The translations under genes were made by a program, and so were the position numbers. Positions 1 to 12,596 of a stretch of 64,000 bases of DNA are shown here, piece after piece. The notes under the pieces were generated by a model. That model had not been told where the DNA came from. It did no database searches and saw only the letters and a program-made list of their open reading frames with translations. The stretch is from Felis catus. Taxonomy: Eukaryota. Position 1 is the first letter of the stretch, and each line of letters opens with the position of its first letter. The DNA is taken from NCBI RefSeq assembly GCF_018350175.1, contig NC_058383.1, positions 6,140,001-6,204,000 of the forward strand. Direction: 5' to 3'.

Positions 1-80
1 TGTGTGTGTGACTGGTGGTAGGGAACAAGTTAGGTGCCTTCTGTTGGACCATGACAGTCAAACTGATAAGATCTGATTGC
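1..80 (+). ncRNA. SCARNA28: 3' part of intronic box C/D scaRNA guiding 2'-O-methylation of U2 snRNA U47 (SCARNA28 / mgU2-47 orthologue)
   Basis: (TG)5 at 1-10; AAACTGATAAGA (60-71) is the exact reverse complement of U2 nt 44-55 (UCUUAUCAGUUU); D box CTGA at 73-76; the fifth nt upstream of the D box (68) pairs with U47; ends ~89 nt upstream of the acceptor at 165. Confidence 0.88.
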
Positions 81-165
81 TTCTCTTACCTCCCTAAATC
101 TTACCATTTTCTGAAGACCCTTAACGTAATTTCAATTACCTGATGACTTGTTTTGTCATTTACAG

Positions 166-215
166 CTGATGAAACAAAGCTAAAAATGATGCAAGAAGTT
201 AGTGAAAATTTTGAG
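166..215 (+). CDS. TRRAP: TRRAP exon ~3
   Basis: tacag|...|gtatga; (P)DETKLKMMQEVSENFE. Confidence 0.95.
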
Positions 216-760
216 GTATGAGCTTAATTTATTTTTTTTCTTGTGAGCTGAATATTCACATGTGCTTTCCAACTGCTCCTCTGTCAATCTTACTAGTAAG
301 TCAGAAATCGTTCTCTCTGTAAGTGTGACCTATTGCATTTCAGAACTGAAATCTGACCTGCACACAGTATTGTCCAACTTCCTCCCCTAGTGACCGTGAA
401 CTTCGAGTGATGTTGAGGAATGTTGCTTTGGTTTTGGTGGTTGAACTTGTTTTCGTTTTGAGGCATATGCTTTCAGGATGCGCTCACACTTGTGTGGTAG
501 ATTTGTTGTATTCACATAATAACAGGTGGAGTGAGAGCTGGAAGTCCGTTGTGGCTCTGTTACTTAATCACTTCCGTGACCTTGAGCAGTTTCTCTCTTC
601 TGAGTCTCACATTCCCCGGTTTTATAGTGTCATGTTAGGTCTCTGTGCACTTTTCTTCAGTCTGTCTTGTCTGTGTTCTTTAGATTGGATAATTTCTACT
701 GCCTGCCTTCAGGGTCACAGTGTTTTGTGTCCTCTCCAGTTTGCTGAGATGTTTTTCTCT

Positions 761-982
761 TTAATTTTTTTTTTTTTTTAACGTTTATTTATTTTTGAGA
801 CAGAGAGAGACAGAGTATGAACAGGGGAGGGTCAGAGAGAGAGGGAGACACAGAATCTGAAACAGGCTCCAGGCTCTGAGCTGTCAGCACAGAGCCCGAC
901 GCGGGGCTCGAACTCACGGACCGTGAGATCATGACCTGAGCCGAAGTCGGACGCTTAACCGACCAAGCCACCCAGGCGCCCC
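761..982 (-). mobile_element. Can-SINE (felid SINEC)
   Basis: Reverse complement of the GGGGCGCCTGGGTGGCT head, (CT)n region and poly-A tail; imperfect TSD tgctgagat. Confidence 0.93.
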
Positions 983-3859
983 AACTGCTGAGATTTTTTA
1001 AAATTTCAATTTATTTTTTATATTATTTCAGTTATTGTCCTTTCAGTTTTGGAACTTCCATTTGGTTCTTCTTTTTAGATTTTGGGTCTTCACGGAGATG
1101 ATCATCGTTCATTAATGCCCATTTTGTTCTTGGAATTCATTTATAATGACTGCATTCAAGTCTTGAGTGAATCTGGGGGTCACATGATCCTGCCTCTTCG
1201 CACGTCTGGGACTTTTTGAGTATGCTGAATATTGTATGTGAAATGTAGGGACTCTAGCTTCTTCCGTTCCCTCCCTCTGAAGAGCGCTGATATGTTGATT
1301 GTGGTAGGCAGTTCAGTGGCCGGCTGATCTCCTCGAACCTGCAGAGGCTTGGTTTTATGCTATGGTATGGAGGACCTGTGGGAAGGCTGAGATGGTCCCC
1401 AGTTCTCTCTGAGTCAGTGGAATTTAGCCTCCAAACTCCAGCTCCAGGTGATATCATCAGAAGTTGATTTGAGGCTTTGCTTGTTTAGAGGCTTTACTCT
1501 AGGGCAGGGAACTTGCTCAGCTGGGTGTCTGGGGTGAGAAAGAGGTGTTAAGAAAGTGCAGTGTGGCCAGGCCGGACCCACAACATCCTCCAGCACTGCT
1601 AGACCCCTGATGGGTCTTCGTCCCTCTTGGTGAGCTGCAGGTAGCGTTACCTCCTCTTACCCGGACGTGCAGCTCAGCCCTCAGTCAAGGTCTCAAGGAC
1701 TCAGAGAAGACCATCCCCTGTACTTCCTGTTTCTCTGGGGTTCTCCTTTGCAGGTTCTAGCCACCTGAACTGCCTGAAACTCTGGTGTTTGCTCCTCAGC
1801 TCAGCAGGATCATCATACCGTCCTTGGGCGCCAGCGTGCCGAGCCCGTCAGGGCATCCGTGCCTGAGCAGAGAGCTGTGGTGGCCATGTAACCTCCCCTC
1901 TGGAGATCGTGGCCCTTGTCCAGCACCTGAAAACTGTTCTCCCGTGTTTTGTCCAACTTTATGGTTAGTGTGGTGCTGTTAGTTTCATAGGCAGAAGAGA
2001 AGGTCACATTTCTTACTTTTCGTGTGGAGATAATAAAACTTTTCTCAGAGAGTTCATGTAATTAACAAAATGTTTCTAGCTTCTGACGTGGTCATTTGAA
2101 TTGCAAAGGTCGGAATCAGTGGGGATGAATCAGATGCCCTAGGATCTGTAGTAATGGGGAGTATTTCCATTTGGTGGGAGTTTTTCTTTGGTAGTTTTGT
2201 TCTAAGTAGACGTTAAGGACTTGTTGCCCTGAACTGAGCTGGGGAAAAAAAAAAAAATCCTGAGATATTTAGAGCTTGAGCTAAAGAGCTTTCTTTTCTG
2301 CCCAAGCTGCTAACACAAGCTGTTAAAAACAAAACACAAAAAAACTAAAAAAAGAGGTGGAAGGGAGGACATGATAGGCCTGCGTTCTGCGTTTTTGGCA
2401 GAGCTGGTAAGTGAGAACCACAGCCCCAGTGGGTTTGAGAGGATCAAGTCATGGAGGGTCTCGTGAACCTGCAGAAACAAGCACTTGAATCCGGCCTCTG
2501 AGTGTGGGCACGAGGCTGTCTGGATTAAGTGTCTGGCCCCTTTGCCTCTTGTTTCATTTCTCGCTGTTAGCAAGTTAATTTTGGACTTTGGTCCCGGGTG
2601 CGTTGATTCAATCCAGAGAACTAAACGTTTACCAAAGCAGTATACTTCGGGCTTTTTAAAATAGTGACTTTTGAAATCTGTATGATATGAACGTTTGCCT
2701 TAAGTAAAATCCAGAAAACTAAGCCCCTCAAAGAATTAAATACGAGGATGAGCATCAGTAGGTAATTCTGTATTGCCACCATTTCCACCCTGGAAGAAAG
2801 TCTGAATGGGACGAGTGAAATTAAAAACAATTCCAGTGCTTTCAGGAGCCTTAGAAATTTCCTCAAGCACTTAGGAATAAAATTGTGATCTAAGTAAATG
2901 TCGTATGGACCATCTTTCAGGACAGAAAATAAAAGCTTTGAGTTAGAACTCGCATGAAAAATTCATACGGATCAAAGAGCTGGGGGCTAAGTTGTAATGC
3001 TGGCCGCACAACGGGGCATCTTGTTGAATGAATCTTTTTTATGGGAGAAATTTGAAACTGACGTTTTGAGAGCTATGGAATCCGTGGTTGCTAATGGGCT
3101 TATGTGCGGATGAGCTGGATTTCTTGGTAACCTTGATAATGTTCCAGCATGAATCTTCTACCTTATGCCCTTGAATGTGGGCATCTCCCTAAAAAGTCTT
3201 AAGCTCTAGGCATGAGAGGTGACAAACACAGTTCCTGCTCCCAGTGAATTCATAGTCCGCTTGGGGGGAGCTGCGAGGCACGGTGGGGTCCCCCACGGCG
3301 TACTGTGTGAATGGAGCCCTGGGTTTGCCCTGGGAACCTGGTGGTGCTCAGGCGTTACTTTTGCATGGGACCATACTCTTTTCTGGTTTTCGCCTTTTCC
3401 TCTGTCTTACGCTTTGTAGATTCCCCTTCCAAGATTACCTTAGTGTGATAGACAACCCTACACTTTTATTTTCAGCCTAGATCAGTGTCTGGAGTTTGAG
3501 ACACTTGTATTTAGTTAACTGCCCAGATGCTTCTTGCGATAGTAACAATTTAACCACTTAGTCCCTTGCTTCCGTCCCTCCCATTAGGAACTAGTTTTAG
3601 TGCCTTTTACACCTAGGCTTTCTCATAATTTTGTGCCTTTGTGTATGTTTTTTTTCAAACCTTGTCCTTTTCCACTTTTTCACATGGCTAACTCCTGCTC
3701 ACCTTTTAGGTTTGAGCATAAACATGGCTTCTTGGGGAAGGCGTTCTCTGCCCTTGGTTCCATTCACTACATTGTGTCCCATTTATAGATGTGCCCTTAG
3801 TTGCCATTACCTCCTCCATCGTAATTCTGTATTGTTCTTTATCGGTCTTCCCAGCACGT

Positions 3860-3965
3860 GACTGCCTTCCCCATCTCTGAGGGCACGAATTGTATCTACT
3901 TTCTTCATTGTATCCCCGCAGAGCACGTGATAGAATCCTCAATGAGAATTTGTTGCATGAGCAAG
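3860..3965 (+). mobile_element. L2 3'-end relic
   Basis: Degenerate L2 terminus (...cattgtatcccc...ctcaatgagaatttgttgcatga); boundaries approximate. Confidence 0.5.
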
Positions 3966-3989
3966 TGAGGCCTTAGCAGGGGAGGGGAC

Positions 3990-4390
3990 TTGGCTGTTAG
4001 ACTTAATTTGCATCCACTTCTAAAGCTTACAGACGGACTGACATTCAGCAACGTTTATAACCTCTCTGAACTTCTTTATCTGAGAAATGGAGACAATACT
4101 TACGTTGGGCTTGTGAGGACCAAGAGAGAAAGAATAAAAAAAAATATATTACCATAGCACGGTGCTCTGGTAATAACACCAGATGACATTTATTGAGCAT
4201 TTACCGCAGAGCATTTGCTGCATTGTAAATTAACTCAGGTAGTCTTTACATGATTACTTACATCAGGAAATAATAGGATACTCAACAGATGGGGATGCTG
4301 AGGCACAGAGGCTGAGTAACTGCCCAAGGTTCCCACTTCCTGAGTGGGTTCCAGAAAGTGCTCTAGGAGCCATTTTACTGCACGGTCTCC
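3990..4390. mobile_element. Two MIR relics in opposite orientation
   Basis: aacctctctgaac...tctgagaaatggag (+) and catttattgagc...gctgaggcacagag...aactgcccaaggt (-); boundaries approximate. Confidence 0.55.
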
Positions 4391-4758
4391 AGACTGTAGT
4401 TTCATTTTCTGTTCTTTTAGAATCAGTGCTGGGATAAATAATTGATTAGGTTGGGTTATAATCCAATTAATGTAGATCTAACCAGTAAATAAGCTTCAGA
4501 TTAGAAAGAGGTGTCAGTGTGTTTAGGCTCTTTGTTTTCCACCTGAAGAAAGTAAGATCTAGAAGCTAAATGACCTTTCAGAAGTTTCTTACTCAGGTGG
4601 TGGCACAGCCACCTTCTAGAGCAGGCTCTGAGTTCCACATTTTCCACAGCGCTAGTATTTCTACTTTTAACAGTCAATGTTAACATTTGGGCTCTTAAAT
4701 TGGATTTCAGAAGCAGTGGTCATTTTAATTAATTTAAAACTGCAATCACGAGACCCCA

Positions 4759-5410
4759 GGGGCGCCTGGGTGGCTCATTCAGTTGGGCGTCCGACTTCGG
4801 CTCAGGTCCTATTCTCGTGGTGTGTGGTTCGAGCCCTGTGTCGGGCTCTGTGCTGACAGTTCGGAGCCTGGAGCTTGCTTCTGATTCTGTGTCTCCCTCT
4901 CTCTGGCCCTCCTCCTCTCATGCTCCGTCTCACTCTCTCTCTCAAAAATTAATAAACATTAAAAAAAAAAAAAAAAAACTTTAAGGGCGCCTGGGTGGCT
5001 TAGTCGGTTAAGCGTCCGACTTCAGCTCAGGTCACGATCTCGCGGTCCGTGAGTTCGAGCCCCGTGTTGGGCTCTGGGCTGATGGCTCAGAGCCTGAAGC
5101 CTGCTTCCCATTCTGTGTCTCCCTCTCTCTCTCTGCCCCTCCCCCGTTCATGCTCTGTCTCTCTCTGTCTCAAAAATAAACGTTAAAAAAAAATTTTTTA
5201 GGGGCACCTGGGTGGCTCAGTCGGTTGAGCGACCGACTTTGGCTCAGGTCATGATCTCACGGTTTATGAGTTCAAGCCCTGTGTCAGGCTCTGTGCTGAC
5301 AGCTCAGAGCCTGGAGCCTGCTTTGGATTCTGTGTCTCTTTCTCCCTGCCCCTCTCCCACTCATGCTCTGTCTCTCTCTGTCTCAGAAATAAATAAACAT
5401 TAAAAAAAAT
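4759..5410 (+). mobile_element. Three tandem Can-SINEs (about 4759-4978, 4985-5195, 5201-5410)
   Basis: Three GGG(G)C[GA]CCTGGGTGGCT heads, each with (CT)n and an A tail. Confidence 0.93.
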
Positions 5411-5577
5411 TTTTTTTAAAGTTTTAAAACTTCCATCACAAAAGCCTCTAAAAGCAGTAAAAATTACTGTTGGCCTCGCTAAAGTGTTTTCTCTTTTGAG
5501 GTTATAGTGTGAATGGGAAATGAAAATATGAAAATACGCAGACTTAACGGGGTTTTCTTTTATCTTTGCCTAATTAG

Positions 5578-5688
5578 AATGTCACATCATCTCCTCAATA
5601 TTCCACATTCCTCGAGCACATCATCCCCCGATTTCTCACATTTCTTCAAGATGGGGAGGTCCAGTTTCTTCAGGAGAAACCAGCCCAG
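5578..5688 (+). CDS. TRRAP: TRRAP exon ~4
   Basis: ttag|...|gtaatc; NVTSSPQYSTF...EKPAQ. Confidence 0.96.
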
Positions 5689-5798
5689 GTAATCTGTTCA
5701 GAAATGTCAGCGAGCAGAGAAAATGTTGGCTTGCAAGCATTTATGAATTAAAACAAGTGAGAAAACTTAGGGTTCCACTTTAAAATAAGAGACGTTTT

Positions 5799-6020
5799 GG
5801 GGCACCTGGGTGGCTTAGTTGGTGAAGCATCTGACTTCAGCTCAGGTCTGATCTTGCCATTCGTGGGTTTGGGCCCCACGTCAGGCTCTGTGCTGACTGC
5901 TCAGAGCCTGGAGCCTGCTTTAGATTCTGTGTCTCCCTTTCTCTCTGCCCCTCCCCTGTTCACACTCTGTGTCTCTGTCTCTCTCTCTCAAAAATAAATA
6001 AACATAAAAAAATAATAAAT
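5799..6020 (+). mobile_element. Can-SINE
   Basis: Head, (CT)n and AATAAA/A tail. Confidence 0.92.
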
Positions 6021-6916
6021 AGAGTAGGAGAGGTTTTGTCACGTAAGGATAGTTTTGTCCCAAACCATGCCTCTTCAATTAAATGTCTTGGTTTTAATTC
6101 TTTTGCTGACTGGTGACATGTGTACACTGTGTATTATAGACGAGTTCATATATCCACAAAAAGAGGGAGTGATCCCTTAGGTGACCCTCTCCATAGCTAG
6201 TGCCTCATCTACTCTTAGTGTCCATTCTCGTAACTTCTGGCCAGTTTTGCTTTATCTGTACCCGCCCCCGTGCTTTGCACCCCCCCCCCCTTCCCACCTT
6301 GATCATTTTAAGACTGTCTCATCATAATTTTTTCTATAAATATTTCAGTGCATGTCTCTTAAAAATAACTCTTTAAAAGTTAACATAATGCTAAACAAAG
6401 CATTTTTGTGTTGTACCAGTTGAAGATCTACACATTTGACCTACCTTTTAGTTGTTGACTCCACAGTCGTACTCCGGAAGCTTAGTCAGCTTGTGATGCA
6501 GTCAGTCCTCGGGCCCAAGAGAATCAACCAGGGAGAGGATCATAGGAACCAAACACATGATGGAGGGAGATCCCAGACCAAGTTCAGTTTGTGTTGTGCT
6601 CTTTCATCTGGAATCCAGCCAGCAATCACACACTAGTGCCCTTCTGCTGGAAATAGTGATAAGTTTTCAAAGAGGGAGGGTTAGGCTTGGTTGATTTGGT
6701 ACACGACTGTGGAAAGCTTGAAGTAATGGTTTGCGGTACGTACCTGGGATTACGTTTAAGTAATTTACAAGACTGTTCCTGAAATGGGGTCCATCTTGTA
6801 GTTGGGTGGTTCCCAGTGTGGGGTGCAGACAGCTGTGTAACTTGGAGAGTATAAAAGAATTCTTCTGGGATTCTTGGAAGGATTTGATATTTATGTTTTT
6901 TATTTTTCTTCACCAG

Positions 6917-7021
6917 CAACTGCGGAAACTGGTCCTTGAAATAATTCACAGGATACCAACCAACGAACATCTTCGTCCTCACACAAAAAACGTTCTATCT
7001 GTGATGTTTCGCTTTTTAGAG
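6917..7021 (+). CDS. TRRAP: TRRAP exon ~5
   Basis: ccag|...|gtaatc; QLRKLVLEIIHR...FRFLE. Confidence 0.96.
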
Positions 7022-7933
7022 GTAATCTTTGAGAATTCTTGTTATTTAGCCGTATTCAGACTTTCAGTGGTTTTCGTCTTGTAGAATCTGGTATTCCATG
7101 CTTCTCTTTCACTGAAGTTGTGATTCGCATGAGTAAAAACTTTCTTAATGTCCATTTTGCCAACCAAATTACGAAGAAATATTAATTGAAGATTCATGGA
7201 GTCAGCAGGGAATTGAGTAGACATAGTGGAAATGTTTGGAAAGGTTTGGGTAGACAGACTCAGAGTGCAGGGCCCTTTGGTTTTCTTCTACTTCAGGCAC
7301 AGTAGATGCTGCTAAAGAGTTTCTCAAACTCTTCGGGTGAATCCACTGATACCTGTTAATGTTAACCTCTAAAACTTTCCTTGCTGCTTAGTCCCAACGG
7401 GTTTAGAATTCTGTTGTATTTCGGGGCCTCTTGGAAGGGTGAGCTTTGGAGGGGGATAGAGTTGGATTCAGAGCCTCTTCTGCCATGGGTGAGCTGCTGT
7501 GGTAGCCTCATTGCTTACCTTCTCTGAGCCTTAGCTTCCTCATAGGTAAGATGTGGAGGACACCCCCATTCAGAGAGTGTAAAGGATTTAGCAGCTTGTC
7601 CAATACGGGGTGGATGCTCGCCAGTTCTGTTGGCAGCATTTTTAAGCAACGAGAAAGCGTCCTTTGGACCATTAAGACCTTCCTTCATGGTGTGACTTGC
7701 CAAAGTGTTACTCTCCAGAGCTCACTGGCAGCATACCCTTCCGTTGGTCCACCAAAGACCTCAAAAGCTTCTTGTCTGAGGCTACTGCGTTCTGTGTTCA
7801 ACACACGAAATCTGGGTTGGCTGACGTTGGGTGCGTGTACAGAAAAATGCTTAGAAAATAGCCTGTGATCTTTAGATTAAAATAACCTTAGAAGTGTAAC
7901 TCTTTTTCAATGCTTTTTTTTTTCTTTTTTAAG

Positions 7934-8017
7934 ACGGAAAACGAAGAGAATGTTCTTATTTGTCTAAGAATCATTATCGAGCTACACAAACAGTTCAGGC
8001 CACCCATCACACAAGAA
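7934..8017 (+). CDS. TRRAP: TRRAP exon ~6
   Basis: taag|...|gtaagt; TENEENVLICLR...PITQE. Confidence 0.96.
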
Positions 8018-9305
8018 GTAAGTGTTTAGACTGATAGCATTTATAAAAGTGTGTCAACAGGCTTTTTCTTTTGCACAATGTGTGTACTCTCTTTTGGAAT
8101 TGATGGGACATGCTGCTTTCCAGAAAAGGATAGCCTCAGTCTGGGGGAAAGTCTTTATGGGTTTCACGGTGACTTTTGTTTGGTCCACGTTTATATGAAT
8201 ATTCTGCTGAATTGGTACGTTAGTTGAAACGTGGTAAACTACTAAACTGGCAGGGCTGTTTGGGTAATTCTGGTATTTACAGGTCTGATGTGCTGGAAGG
8301 CTCCAGTCATTGTATGCTCTGCAAGGGTGTGAGATGTGGGTTCTGAAGTCAGAACTGGCTTGGAATCTCAGCTCTGTAACCCAGTAATTGACCATCTGTA
8401 ATTGGCATTGGGTCAGCTCCTAGCCCTTTGGAGCTTTTTCCATAAAATGAGCGCCCTCACAGGACGTAGCCACAAAAGATTGCTTGAAGAATTCAGTATG
8501 AAAGTTAAGTTCTTAGCAGAGTGATTGGTACCTACAAAGTAAGCATTAAACCTGCTGTTAGTCATAATTAAGGTAGTATCTTCTCTAACATTAACTTTAG
8601 TAAATGCATGTTGTAGATTATTTTGCAGTTAAAAGAGTAAAGATGAAATAGAATTCCTGTCATTTTAAGAAAGCGATTTTGATGTCTTGATTTCTGTTCC
8701 TTGTCCCTATCTTATGTATATGTATATTTCCTACATAAGAGTGTTTTCCCGATCGTAAAAAATTCTTTACGAAGTTGATTTTTAATGGATGTGTAGTAGT
8801 CTTTCTTACGATGCCCTTGTTTTTAGATAGTTAAGGTATTGCAGAATTTTTATGTTAGGACTATTGCTAAATATCTTGTTTACAGTTCAAATTATTGCAT
8901 AGACTGGTTTTGTAGTAGAGTTATCAAGTCAAGCGAGTTAATGTTTTAATGCTTCTGAGAGATATTGATTGTCATTAAGTTGATTTCCAGAAGGGTTTGA
9001 GCGGTTCATGCTTCCCTTGGTGTAGTATAGGAGAGTCTCCCTCTGGTTGGATTCCATCTCACATGGATAGTAGTACTTTTTGAAAGGCAATAAGTGGTAT
9101 TTATTTTCATTTTTGTTCCTTTGCTCTTCCTGATTTAGAAACTTACTTCCTTCTTATTTCTTTTTTTGTCTGTTCATGTTCATTGCCTGTTGGAATTTGA
9201 GTCTGACATTTTTCCTGCTTGTACTCGTGTATTAGCACTTGCATTACTTACTGTATTTTCTGTTTATAAATTTCTTATGTTGTCTTTTTAAAATTTTACT
9301 TTCAG

Positions 9306-9362
9306 ATTCATCATTTTTTGGATTTTGTGAAACAGATTTACAAGGAGCTTCCAAAAGTAGTG
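9306..9362 (+). CDS. TRRAP: TRRAP exon ~7
   Basis: tcag|...|gtatgt; IHHFLDFVKQIYKELPKVV. Confidence 0.95.
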
Positions 9363-10792
9363 GTATGTTTTTAATATCGTTTGAATCTATTTGTATACAT
9401 TTATTCCTCATTCCAAAGGGAATAGTTGGGTTGAAAGGAATAATTGGGGGAATGTGAATTTGAGGATGAGGAGTGTTTAGTGGTGGTCAGAATGGAGGTT
9501 GATAAATCAGCCATTTAAAAGGAGTTCTTTTGGTTTCACTGTTTAAATACGTCATTTTTTACGTAAAAGCAGTGTGTTTTAGTGTAGAAATTTGCAAAAA
9601 AACAAAAAACCCAAGGTAAATCGTCTGTAATTTTCTCACTTGTAAGCAACCGTTGATATTAAAGTTTCACTTTTTCACTTTTTTCACGCTTTTTAAAGAT
9701 GGTTGCACTCCTATTGTGAGGTTTTTTTGGGAGGTAGTGTCCGCTTTTAGATTCCTTTTCAGTGTCATTAAAATTCCTTCCTCTATTGAAAGAAGTCTTT
9801 CTCAGTGGCTTCAGCAGTGTGTGAAAGCGCATGGCGTGCATGAGGGCGGTCTCCTCCCCACCTTACTCTCACCTAATAGACGGTGCCACTGGGACCAGTT
9901 TGGAACATCCTGTAACACACTTTTCTGCCAGCAGTCATAGTTCTTAGTGGCCCCATAATTTCCCGTCCTGTGCGTGTACCTGGATTGTCTCCTTGATGCT
10001 GGTTTTCCCAATTTCCACTTCCTGTCACAATCACAAGTAATACTGGTAAAAGATTTTTGGTAAAAATCATTGTGCACGAATCTGTTCGTGTATCAAAGTT
10101 TTTCTAAAGATTTTTTTTTTTTAAGCTTTAAAGGAATTTTTTAAAAATCAAAGAAGTAATATCCTTTTGGTATTTTAAGGATTTTAATCTACGAATGTAT
10201 AAAATTTCATTTGTTGCATTCTGAAATTGTCAAGTTACCATTATTACCGAGTTAGCAAGTGCTGACACTTGCCATTCAGTCAGAAAAGCTGCTTTTCATA
10301 AGAAGTGGTCTTATTTAATCTAAAGCCCAAATCGCATTGAGAACTAAGGATGGCAGTGAGGCCCTGGCTTTTAAAAATGCCTGTGCTTTGCTTCCATTCC
10401 TGTCTTTGATCTATGTGTAGGAGACTGTTTGGGAAGTGGATTCAGTGGGGACTAGCTCTGAGTTTCCTACCACCAGAGGGAGGGGCTACATCCCCCCCCC
10501 CCCCCCCCCCCCCCCCCCCGCCGAGGTAGTGACGTAATGCCATGCACCTGATCTCTTACCAGCCAGGAAAAAAAGGAGAAAATACTTTGGGCGAGTTTTT
10601 TGTTTTCCATTGTTGACGGTAGAGAATGTCGCTGTCATGGTCTCTTTGTCCGTAAAGAGGACCCCAAGTACTATGGCATCAGTGCAACGGAAAAGCGTGC
10701 AACACTGGGTTTGCTCCATCAGGTGTCAGGTGTGTTTCATTGAGGAATATTGTGTCTGCCTCGGAAGAATGATTTCTGCTCTTTCTATGCAG

Positions 10793-10918
10793 AACCGCTA
10801 CTTTGAGAACCCTCAGGTGATCCCCGAGAACACAGTCCCTCCCCCAGAAATGGTTGGTATGATCACAACAATTGCTGTGAAAGTCAATCCAGAGCGCGAG
10901 GACAGTGAGACAAGAACA
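10793..10918 (+). CDS. TRRAP: TRRAP exon ~8
   Basis: gcag|...|gtaagt; NRYFENPQVIP...SETRT. Confidence 0.96.
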
Positions 10919-12225
10919 GTAAGTTTTTTTCCATCGTTTTGCTTTGTTTTTATCCATGCCTCCTATACTTGGTAGAGGAAAAAAATGAGGTACTCTTCAT
11001 GTGTATTTTTAGTGTATTTTGGGGATTTTTCCTCTAAGCACTTGAGGTATTTAAGATCAGAGGCGTGTGAGTGCTTGAGAGCGTCACTGGTTCTGCTGTG
11101 CAGCCCGCAGGTCCTAAACGTGAACTGTTGCTCACTGTGGATGGGAAGATAAAGTGATAAGACAGTAGTGCAAATCCAGAATCCTCTGTTGGGAAGAGCA
11201 GCTGCCCAGGCGAGGTGACCTCTGTTCCATCCTTAGCTTTGACATTGACGACGTCCCTTTAAGCTGCATATAAATTTGCGATTCAGTACCTGAGAGCATG
11301 GGGTCTGAGGACAGAAGCTTAAAACTTGGGGACGATGTTCCAGCCCCACCACTTAGGCTTTTTTGGCTGTAGCAAAGTACATAGCTTTTGTTCTGTCCTT
11401 AATTTTCCATCTCCTTATCTGACAAGCCCGTCTGGTGGGATTTTGTGAAGGTAATGCCAGTATTGTCTGCAGGAGATGTGAGGTATTTGAAGCGTCTGGC
11501 GTAAAGGTAACCTGTACTGAGCAGTTACTGTGGCTGTGTTATTAGGATTGATCCAAGGATACTATCCATCTGTATCTGTTTCACTGCCATTGTTTTGCAG
11601 CATGTTTCAGTTTGTGCTAGAACAAACAGGAAACTACATGTCGGAGAAAGCTTTCTTTCCTTTTCTCCTCCTGAATTAGGAACTTGGTTTCGATGTCCGT
11701 CTTTGTGTTTCTTTTCTTGCTTGTCTGTTCCTGTCCGTTGCCCCTTCTGGATCTGTGTCTGACGTTCTCCTCACCTGTGCTGGGAGTTCTTAATATGTTA
11801 AGACTAGTGAATTTTTTCTTACGTTTATCGTAAGCGCTCTCTGTTTATAAATACCTTTGAATACAGCTGGGTAAATTTGTGCTTTTTGCTGTTGTTCTTT
11901 TAAGTAAAATAATAGATACTAATTGGAAATTTCCCCAAAAAATAAAAAATAAAGTTTCCTCAGGTGATTTGAATGTCTGAGTTTAGACGAATTTTCCTGA
12001 TGTTTTTACCATAGGTGGTGACGTTGGAAAGTCTGTAAAAACCTTTATATTAAACGATAGTTCTCTGTGCTTTATTTTCAAAGTGGTTTGGATCTTTCAC
12101 CACAGATATTTACAAAGATGTGGCAGTATTTTCCTTTCTCTTCGTTTCCCTGGGGCGATGCTGAGTGGTGGGTTATTTTAAGTGCCATGGTGATAACCTT
12201 GGCCCCATTTGCTTCTGTCTTACAG

Positions 12226-12303
12226 CATTCCATCATCCCAAGAGGGTCTCTTTCTCTGAAAGTGTTGGCAGAATTGCCCATTATTGTTGTTTTAATGTAT
12301 CAG
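12226..12303 (+). CDS. TRRAP: TRRAP exon ~9
   Basis: acag|...|gtatgt; HSIIPRGSLSLKVLAELPIIVVLMYQ. Confidence 0.96.
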
Positions 12304-12507
12304 GTATGTGTACTGCTTACTAGTTTCTTGGGGTTTTGGCTTCTTATTTTACGACAAAATTCATTTCTGATTTTCTGTGGCAAACAGAACGTGTGTGGTG
12401 CACACGTGCCAACTAATGTAATGAGTCTTAGAGTTTTTCTTGGTATGCCAAATTATTTTGCTATAGCAGAGTGTAAGACCATGAAAATCTGATATGTTTG
12501 CTTTTAG

Positions 12508-12596
12508 CTCTACAAACTGAATATCCACAATGTCGTTGCTGAATTTGTGCCCTTGATCATGAATACCATTGCAATTCAGGTATCTGCACAAGCCAG
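12508..12596 (+). CDS. TRRAP: TRRAP exon ~10
   Basis: ttag|...|gtgaga; LYKLNIHNVVAEF...SAQA(R). Confidence 0.96.

Noticed and set aside
12415..12495. Possible C/D snoRNA in short intron ~9
   Set aside because: C box is degenerate and the CTGA lies only ~15 nt from the 3' splice site, more likely the branch-point region
12577..12586. Internal donor-like CAG|GTATCT in exon ~10
   Set aside because: Would frameshift; the downstream AG|GTGAGA donor keeps the conserved frame
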